IMG/VR virus record: IMGVR_UViG_3300021976_000003
Location: 1-44,466 of that record
Reading direction: 5' to 3' (one strand)
DNA from: a virus
Length of the DNA stretch: 44,466 bases
Every line of letters starts with the position of its first letter. The first letter of the stretch is position 1. Positions 1-6,151 of this stretch are shown here, in pieces. The position numbers and the translations under genes were made by a program. The notes below the pieces were generated by a model. It made no database searches, was not told the origin of the DNA, and saw nothing but the letters and a program-made list of their open reading frames with translations.

Positions 1-127
1 GTTTTTTAAGTATTTGGAATTTATGGTGATTAGGCCCGATGTTCTTTACATAGTCAAAGTGCCCCCTGTTAGTATGCATTTCTATTATCTCGAAGCCCGT
101 TACCTTGGCTGCATGTTCTAATGCATC
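1..127. repeat. Terminal overlap identical to 44340..44466 (circular closure of the contig)
   Basis: Read directly: bases 1-127 match 44340-44466 base for base, giving a unit length of 44,339 bp. Confidence 0.95.
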
Positions 128-685
128 CGATGTCCACACCCCTACTCCTGTCCAGGATTCTGGTTTCCGCGCATGTTCATAAACAGGTATCTGCAACAAC
201 GCCAAACCTCCTGGCTTGAGGTTATCACTAATAGACTGCATCAGTTTAACACCGGATTCATAGGTGTTGTGTATGAAGACGCTAATGGAAAAGGCATAGT
301 CGGCAGATTCAGGAAGGCCGAACCAGTTATCAACAGACAATACCGGAAAGATGTTAGTATCACGAGGGAGCTGCTGCAACATAGCGTATGAGAAATCTAC
401 CCCGTAGATGTGATTGAAATGAGAAGTTAATGGAATGGTAACACGACCATTCCCACAACCAATATCTATTATTGTCGATTTGTTTAGTGGATTTTTACTG
501 AAATATTGTAATTCCTGTAATGTTCCCATCCTATGTATGCAATTTATTATTTCCATTGCATTTCCTTCTCCCGTAGCCTTATACTGTACTTCTCCTTTTA
601 ATCCAGCCGGATGTATAGCAGCATTAGCATTCTCTGATTTAGCGGCATTATCCCATCCCGCTTTCGTTTGTTCGTAAGAGGTCAT
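1..685 (-). CDS. Class I SAM-dependent methyltransferase (MTase-1). The 3' end runs off the window start and is completed by 44335..44339
   Basis: Own translation from ATG at 685-683: MTSYEQTKAGWDN...STIIDIGCGNGRVT (GxGxG SAM motif I)...LKPGGLALLQIP. ATGA overlap with the stop of the upstream GT gene. The frame is open to base 1 and closes as ...QILKKL-TAA once the ends are joined (229 aa). Not in the ORF track because it is cut by the window edge. Confidence 0.75.
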   Translation of the reverse strand, partial: MTSYEQTKAGWDNAAKSENANAAIHPAGLKGEVQYKATGEGNAMEIINCIHRMGTLQELQYFSKNPLNKSTIIDIGCGNGRVTIPLTSHFNHIYGVDFSYAMLQQLPRDTNIFPVLSVDNWFGLPESADYAFSISVFIHNTYESGVKLMQSISDNLKPGGLALLQIPVYEHARKPESWTGVGVWTSDALEHAAKVTGFEIIEMHTNRGHFDYVKNIGPNHHKFQILKK

Positions 686-1605
686 TGTGTTATATTATTT
701 ATAAGGTTATTTAATCCTTCCAGTTCTTTCTTACTATTCTCCCACAGTTCCCAGGCGCGCGCGCGTAAGGCGTCCGGCTCATATTGTGGCCCATGTATAT
801 GCTGTAACCAGGATTGTATGAAATCCCTACTGGCAAATCTACCTACAGGCCCCAGGCTCTCCCGCAGGCCGGGCGTGTCGCTGGCTATTACCGGTATACC
901 ACATGCGGCAGCTTCAATAGCTATGCGGCCGTAGGATTCGTAAATGCTGGGGACTAGGAGCAGACTGGTTACGCGCAGGACATCCCGTATATCTTCCTGA
1001 CACTCCCATTGCATTATATTCCTGGTGCGCATGGTTATCTGTGGACCATGGTGCCCTTTAACTGCCAGGAACTGCCTAGTAGGGATAGCCCTGGCTATCT
1101 GCTGAAAGACTTTAGCGCCTTTATCTATATTGCAGTTAACCATGGTGATAAAACCATTATCTGCGGGCTGCATGCCCTGGAATCTGTTAGGGTCTACAGG
1201 TGGTCTTACTATAATCCCCGGTGTAGGGTATGCCCGGTCTGCCTGTACCCAGGCGCTATTATATACAACATAGCAATTAGGAATGGGCTTACGGAGTATG
1301 TCAATTTCCCAACTATGGTGCAGGATATGTATTATTGGTTTGTTGTGTGCTTTGGCGAGATCGTTCGCTTTATAAGATTGATCAAGATGAGTAATGATGC
1401 AATCACACCAGCTAATATCGTTATTGTCCAGTACACCGGACTTAATTTGTACGGCTCCGTGTCTATAATCCTGAGTGCCCTGGCTACAGTGTATGACAAT
1501 TTCATGATATTCTTTAAGGTAGTCATTTATCTCCTTGGCCATCCATTCGGCCCCGGCATTTTGATAAGGGGGGTAATTATGGATAACCCATAAAAGTTTA
1601 GCCAT
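682..1605 (-). CDS. GT-B fold glycosyltransferase, family 4-like
   Basis: ORF 682..1659. C-terminal signature VPSIYESYGRIAIEAAACGIPVIASDTPGLRESLG (E-x7-E type GT1/GT4 motif). Start set at the internal ATG 1605 (MAKLLWVIHNYPP...), which overlaps the upstream stop by 8 nt. ATG 1659 is the alternative. Confidence 0.8.
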   Translation of the reverse strand: MAKLLWVIHNYPPYQNAGAEWMAKEINDYLKEYHEIVIHCSQGTQDYRHGAVQIKSGVLDNNDISWCDCIITHLDQSYKANDLAKAHNKPIIHILHHSWEIDILRKPIPNCYVVYNSAWVQADRAYPTPGIIVRPPVDPNRFQGMQPADNGFITMVNCNIDKGAKVFQQIARAIPTRQFLAVKGHHGPQITMRTRNIMQWECQEDIRDVLRVTSLLLVPSIYESYGRIAIEAAACGIPVIASDTPGLRESLGPVGRFASRDFIQSWLQHIHGPQYEPDALRARAWELWENSKKELEGLNNLINNITQ

Positions 1606-1855
1606 GAACAAGGGGTTTAAATGATTTGCAGAAGAAATCAGGCTTTGTATATATGGCACATCCGTCCTCCGAATTTATTATAATATCTTCATTTTCATAC
1701 TGAAGACAACAATGTCCTCGGGGATTATATAATGAAGAAAATTCCCAATACTCGCATTTATCGCACCTAAAGTTATTGAGCATTTGTTTAATATCTTCAT
1801 AAGAAAAAGATATCTTTATATTATTTTCTGCCATATATTCTTGTTTCGTAAACAA
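1598..1855 (-). CDS. Small Cys-rich protein (85 aa), first gene of the reverse-strand cassette
   Basis: ORF track. Eight Cys residues, some in CxxC/CC arrangements (CDKCEYWEF...GHCCLQ...DGCAIY...FFCKSF) suggest metal binding. No family recognised. Confidence 0.5.
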   Translation of the reverse strand: MFTKQEYMAENNIKISFSYEDIKQMLNNFRCDKCEYWEFSSLYNPRGHCCLQYENEDIIINSEDGCAIYTKPDFFCKSFKPLVHG

Positions 1856-1863
1856 AGATAGCG

Positions 1864-1871
1864 TATCTTTG
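1864..1871 (+). promoter_or_regulatory. Bacteroidetes-type -7 promoter box TATCTTTG upstream of 1889
   Basis: Matches TAnnTTTG 18 nt before the ATG. The box plus leader is nearly identical to the one at 14912..14937 (minus strand). Confidence 0.45.
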
Positions 1872-1888
1872 GGATAAATGGTATAAAC

Positions 1889-2275
1889 ATGGGTGTTTTT
1901 TTTGATTGCTTAACAACCTACGCGGTCACATTACCTATGTGCGCAGAAGCCATCTTGGTTGACATAGGATTAGCAAATACCACAGCATATACCTACAAAC
2001 TTACATCACCTTCCGGCAAAATATATCAAAAACCAATTACTACTATCGCAGACGGGTCATTCACTATTCTTGCTTCAGATTTCCCGGCTTCACTGTTTAA
2101 TCCGTGGGCCGGGATTTTTTTGCTGCAAATATATGAGGGTAATAACTGCGATCCAACACAGTTTAGCCATTGTGAGGTATTTTATGATACGATAGCTATA
2201 AGGTTTACGGAGGCCAATGTGGATGTGGCTGTAATCGGCTGTGATTGTAATGTGGTAATACCGCCTGCACCATGA
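1889..2275 (+). CDS. Hypothetical protein (128 aa), first gene of the plus-strand tail block
   Basis: ORF track. ATGA overlap with the next ORF. No motif recognised. Confidence 0.55.
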   Translation: MGVFFDCLTTYAVTLPMCAEAILVDIGLANTTAYTYKLTSPSGKIYQKPITTIADGSFTILASDFPASLFNPWAGIFLLQIYEGNNCDPTQFSHCEVFYDTIAIRFTEANVDVAVIGCDCNVVIPPAP

Positions 2276-2565
2276 TAGAATTGATAGTGGTAACTGCATT
2301 CTTTTTATATGGCACAAAAGTTCTTTGGCAGCCAGGGATGATATTGGAGAAACCAAAGTTATACCTGGATACTATTATTGGCGAGGGGTTTTTCAGGAAG
2401 CCATTATATGCCTGTCCGGCTTGCATGGCTTCAATTTGGGGGACTACAGCTTGGGTATTATTCCGGCCCGTAAGCTGGGATGCCTGGGCTGGATGGCCGG
2501 TGTTCTGTGTGGCTGTGTGTGGGTTAACATGGGTATTATTAACACAGTTCCCTTTCGATGAATAA
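2272..2565 (+). CDS. Membrane protein (97 aa, about 3 hydrophobic segments, CPAC motif)
   Basis: ORF track. Hydrophobic stretches IELIVVTAFFLYG, ASIWGTTAWVLF and WPVFCVAVCGLTWVLL. Translationally coupled on both sides. Confidence 0.6.
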   Translation: MIELIVVTAFFLYGTKVLWQPGMILEKPKLYLDTIIGEGFFRKPLYACPACMASIWGTTAWVLFRPVSWDAWAGWPVFCVAVCGLTWVLLTQFPFDE

Positions 2566-2788
2566 ATATATAGAATTAATATGTGTTAGGGTTATAAAGG
2601 CCGATGTTGATATGGGCCTTGAAGACCCCAATGAAATGGATTTTAGAATGTCCATTAAACCAAGTGAGGTTATCGGTGTGAGAGAAGTGGAAGAGGAGGG
2701 ATGTATTGTTATTATGTTGAAATCAGGTGAGGAACATTATGTTCGTATGGGCTATGAGGCTATAATGGAAATCCTCAACACGTGGTAG
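2558..2788 (+). CDS. Hypothetical protein (76 aa)
   Basis: ORF track. ATG overlaps the stop of the preceding ORF. Confidence 0.5.
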   Translation: MNKYIELICVRVIKADVDMGLEDPNEMDFRMSIKPSEVIGVREVEEEGCIVIMLKSGEEHYVRMGYEAIMEILNTW

Positions 2789-2994
2789 AAATCCTTAAAG
2801 CACACGGCTGGGTATTTAGTGAACGTAAACTATGCTGCGGCCCTGCCCGCGAACGTTGGGTGAAGCCGGGGAACTATAGGCTGGTTATAACGGTATTACT
2901 GAATCAATATATGTATTATGTACGCCAGGATGGCAAAACAATAAAAAAAGACAATCAAAGTACACTTAATGAATATCTTAAAACGCTTGCTTAA
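2782..2994 (+). CDS. Hypothetical protein (70 aa), GTG start
   Basis: ORF track. The start is GTG at 2782, overlapping the preceding stop. Weaker because of the non-ATG start and a 26-nt overlap with the next ORF. Confidence 0.35.
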   Translation: MVEILKAHGWVFSERKLCCGPARERWVKPGNYRLVITVLLNQYMYYVRQDGKTIKKDNQSTLNEYLKTLA

Positions 2995-3535
2995 AAGGAA
3001 ACCCAAAAATGTATTCCCCGATTTTCCGCACCATGTGGAAGAAGCGTTTATTTGTGATGGCATACAATACTATCAATTCAGCAGCGATTTCAAAATCCCC
3101 TGCCAGCGAGCGTTGAAGACCATTACGTTTAGTAATGAAATGGCGATGAGGGTGGATAGGGAATTTCTGAAAAAGCATACTGAAGCAGTAGAAGGGATAT
3201 TGCAGTCGCAAAAGATAGACATATATAAACTTAAATTATATAATGATCAGTTACGGGACCGGCTTAATTGGATAGTGGATACAGATTTGGTTTACAAGCT
3301 GGCAAGTATCGTTTACTTTGATTCAACGGAGGACCCCTCCGATTATGATTTTGAATATAATCAAAAGAAAATAGAAGCCTGGAAAAAGAATGTAAGCATT
3401 CATGATTTTTTTTACTCCGCGCCGCTACTAGCCTTAGTGCCTCATTTAAAAGACTTAGAGGTCAATTTACTGGAATATTCACAGGTAACGGCGCAGATAA
3501 AGAAACAACAATTGGTAAACATTTCGCCCAATTGA
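2969..3535 (+). CDS. Putative tail assembly chaperone (G-like, 188 aa)
   Basis: Assigned by position only: it lies immediately upstream of the tape-measure gene and is followed by a short ORF in the -1 frame. Contains a T8 run at 3406..3413. Confidence 0.4.
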   Translation: MNILKRLLKRKPKNVFPDFPHHVEEAFICDGIQYYQFSSDFKIPCQRALKTITFSNEMAMRVDREFLKKHTEAVEGILQSQKIDIYKLKLYNDQLRDRLNWIVDTDLVYKLASIVYFDSTEDPSDYDFEYNQKKIEAWKKNVSIHDFFYSAPLLALVPHLKDLEVNLLEYSQVTAQIKKQQLVNISPN

Positions 3536-3555
3536 TTAATGAAGGGGAAGAGAGT

Positions 3556-3720
3556 ATGGCCGACATGTTATTGTACGTATGTAACTATGACGCGGCAAAA
3601 ATGAAAGAGGTGAGTAGGTTGAGTATCTATGAATTTCTTTCGACACTGGATAAGCTGATTAAGATTAACAATGCCCGAAGTAATAATAAATTTCAAGGTC
3701 CAGCAAACAGGGGTAGATGA
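3556..3720 (+). CDS. Short ORF in the -1 frame of 2969..3535 (possible T part of a G/GT chaperone, or an independent 54-aa protein)
   Basis: The ORF track lists 3532..3720 with a TTG start. The first ATG is at 3556 (MADMLLYVCNYDAAKMKE...). The frame is open from 3406 and its 3' end overlaps the TMP start by 50 nt. Confidence 0.35.
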   Translation: MADMLLYVCNYDAAKMKEVSRLSIYEFLSTLDKLIKINNARSNNKFQGPANRGR

Positions 3721-6151
3721 AGTAATAGATAATTTAACGCAAACAGGGCAAGTTGAAGCCCAAATGGCAGCCAATGTAAAGGCTGCCAATGCTGCGTTTG
3801 CAGAACAGACAAAAGTTATAGGTGCTACTGCGGGCGCCGGTGATAAGTTAGCCACCAGTCTAAAGAACATACCAAAATCTATTGTAGGTGGTGCGGCCAA
3901 AGAAGTGGAAGACTTGCGGCAGAAAATACAAGCAGGTGGGTTAAGTGTAAACGCTTTCGCTACTGCTGTTGGCCTGGCAAAGAAACAGTTAGATACCCTC
4001 CCTGCCGGTAGTAAGGCGTTCAATCAATTACAGAATGAGATTAAGGCAAGTGTAGTAGTTAGTGAGCTGCTGAATAAGTCGTTTACCAGTACCCGTAGCG
4101 AACTAAGGGCTATGCGTGAAGCGCTGGTATTATTGGAAGATGCTGGCTTTGAGAGTACCAAGACATTTACCACTTTGGCACAGGCTGCGGGGCAATTGGA
4201 TGATCAGATAGGGGATACCCAGGCGCGAATAAAGGCATTGGGTAGTGATACGCTAGCACTGGATGCGGGCATACAGGCGGTGCAAGGTGTGGCCGGTGCG
4301 TTCAGTGCATTTCAAGGTGCTATAGCTCTGGCAGGCGATGAAAATGAAAACCTACAAAAGGCGCTGCTGAAAGTTAATGCTGCTATGGCTATACTTACTG
4401 GCTTACAGCAATTACAGAACGTACTACAGAAACAAACAATATTAACTACCGTTACCGAGAACGCCCTAAGGCGTATAGGTGCAGCGGCTACGGCGTTACA
4501 GTCTGCTGCTGAGAGCCGGTTTATAATAGTGAGGGTAGCAGCTACAGCAGCGCAGAACACGTTGAATGCCGCTATGGCGGCGAACCCAGCAGGTGTATTA
4601 CTGTTGGCTATTAGCGCTGTAGCAGGTGCGATACTGCTGTTTACCAATAGGACAGATGAAGCGGCTGTGGCACAGGATAAATTAGCAGAGAGCATTAAAC
4701 GGGCGACAGAGAGTGCACAATTTCAAGCCGGGTTATTAGATACGCTGGCAAGAGGTTATCAAAATGAAGTGGACCTATTACGGGCTACCGGTGCTGAACG
4801 ATCAGTTATAGCTGATGCTGAAGCTAAAAGTATACGCCGACAGATTGCGGACCAGCAGCTATTACAGGAGCAGCTACGTGAAAATACAGGGCAGGAAGAG
4901 GAATTTTCTGCCAGTGTAGAAAAGGAATCCACCCTCCGCGGGCAGTTACGGGTAAAGGAAGCTGAAATGGGTCATGCCATATTGGAGGAGGGAGAGGAAC
5001 GCTCTAAAAAAGCTATTGAAGATAATCAGAAGAATCTACAGAAATTCCTTAATGATCAGGTAGCTGCTAATGAAGCAGCATTAATAGAGGCGCGTACAGC
5101 GTCCGAAAAATTAAATGCCACTATTAACCTCGCACAATCCAGAGCTAGATTAGAAATCGCTCAACCGGATGCTGGCCCCAATCAGAGGTTATTGGCTGAA
5201 TTGAAAGCCGGTGAAGAGATCAGGAAGGCCAGGATGGACTTGTTTGGTGATCTACAAAAGATAGGGCTAGGGGAGCAGACGGCATTGACCGCGGCAAACA
5301 ACCAGGAGATACTTAACGCTGCTGAAGTTAACCGGCAGATATTGGAGGGTAAGAGAGAGCGGGCACAGGAAGAGCTAGGGTTTATACAAGATAGAATAGA
5401 GCGGGAGAAGGAAATGAATCAGCAGATTGTTCAGGTGTCTTTAAATCTTGCATCAAATCTTGTGCAGTCAGCTATTGAAAGTGCAAGGAATCAGGCAGAT
5501 GCCGAGCAACAAATATTACAAGACAGGCTTGATGCTGGTTTAATAAGTCAGAAACAATACGACACACAGTTACGGATAATCCGTAAGAAGCAGGCCCAAG
5601 ATGAAAAGAAATTAGCCATATTCCAGGCAACGATTAATGCAGCCGCAGCTATCTTGCAGGTATTGGCAAGTACACCGCCGCCGTTGTCTTTCGTTCTGGC
5701 TGCTGTTACTGCTGCATTGGCAGCTGTGCAGATTGCGACCATAGCGTCCAAGCCTATTCCCGCTTTCGCTAAAGGCACTAAGAACGCACCGGGCGGCGCA
5801 TCCCTGGTAGGCGAAGCAGGCCCCGAGCTGATATTCCAGAACGGTAGATGGGATTTGGCCAGGAAGGCGCAGATCATGGACCTGCAACGTGGTGCCAAAG
5901 TATTGCCTGCCTTTGAAACAGCACAGATACTTAATAGTTATAACATACCAGTACCGGGCGTACCGGGAGGTGCCGAGCAGGCGAATGGTATTAAAATAGA
6001 TTATAATAAGCTAGGGGAAGCTATTGGGTATCAAATATCTAAGCTACCTTTACAGGTGAATAATTGGGACGAAAGGGGCTTTGCTGCTTATCAACGGGCC
6101 GTGTCCAACAGGCAAGCATACAAACAGAATAAATACCGGTTGAATAGATGA
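3671..6151 (+). CDS. Tail tape-measure protein (826 aa)
   Basis: Ala/Gln/Glu-rich coiled-coil sequence with hydrophobic segments (AGVLLLAISAVAGAILLF, SFVLAAVTAALAAVQIATIA) and the C-terminal LVGEAGPELI motif common in tape-measure proteins. Confidence 0.8.
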   Translation: MPEVIINFKVQQTGVDEVIDNLTQTGQVEAQMAANVKAANAAFAEQTKVIGATAGAGDKLATSLKNIPKSIVGGAAKEVEDLRQKIQAGGLSVNAFATAVGLAKKQLDTLPAGSKAFNQLQNEIKASVVVSELLNKSFTSTRSELRAMREALVLLEDAGFESTKTFTTLAQAAGQLDDQIGDTQARIKALGSDTLALDAGIQAVQGVAGAFSAFQGAIALAGDENENLQKALLKVNAAMAILTGLQQLQNVLQKQTILTTVTENALRRIGAAATALQSAAESRFIIVRVAATAAQNTLNAAMAANPAGVLLLAISAVAGAILLFTNRTDEAAVAQDKLAESIKRATESAQFQAGLLDTLARGYQNEVDLLRATGAERSVIADAEAKSIRRQIADQQLLQEQLRENTGQEEEFSASVEKESTLRGQLRVKEAEMGHAILEEGEERSKKAIEDNQKNLQKFLNDQVAANEAALIEARTASEKLNATINLAQSRARLEIAQPDAGPNQRLLAELKAGEEIRKARMDLFGDLQKIGLGEQTALTAANNQEILNAAEVNRQILEGKRERAQEELGFIQDRIEREKEMNQQIVQVSLNLASNLVQSAIESARNQADAEQQILQDRLDAGLISQKQYDTQLRIIRKKQAQDEKKLAIFQATINAAAAILQVLASTPPPLSFVLAAVTAALAAVQIATIASKPIPAFAKGTKNAPGGASLVGEAGPELIFQNGRWDLARKAQIMDLQRGAKVLPAFETAQILNSYNIPVPGVPGGAEQANGIKIDYNKLGEAIGYQISKLPLQVNNWDERGFAAYQRAVSNRQAYKQNKYRLNR

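Noticed and set aside
1-127. The 127-bp terminal repeat as a genuine direct terminal repeat of the virion DNA
   Set aside because: It lies in the middle of a coding sequence that is intact only after circular joining. Its length equals a common assembler k-mer. The PBSX-type TerL also fits headful packaging. It cannot be excluded without reads.
173-934. Plus-strand ORFs 173..391, 435..677 and 668..934
   Set aside because: They are antisense to the well-supported methyltransferase and GT4 genes and have no motifs, so they are probably shadow ORFs.
1009-1593. 194-aa plus-strand ORF
   Set aside because: It lies entirely antisense to the GT4 gene, which has a clear family signature.
3520-3535. 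A frameshift site right at the stop codon of the chaperone-like ORF, the usual G/GT position
   Set aside because: No X XXY YYZ heptamer occurs in GGT AAC ATT TCG CCC AAT TGA. The only convincing slippery sequence is the T8 run at 3406..3413.
3568-5898. Long minus-strand ORFs inside the tape-measure gene (3568..4023, 4312..4695, 5548..5898, 5612..5887)
   Set aside because: They are Ala/Cys/Ser-rich mirror frames of an Ala/Gln-rich gene, a typical antisense artefact.
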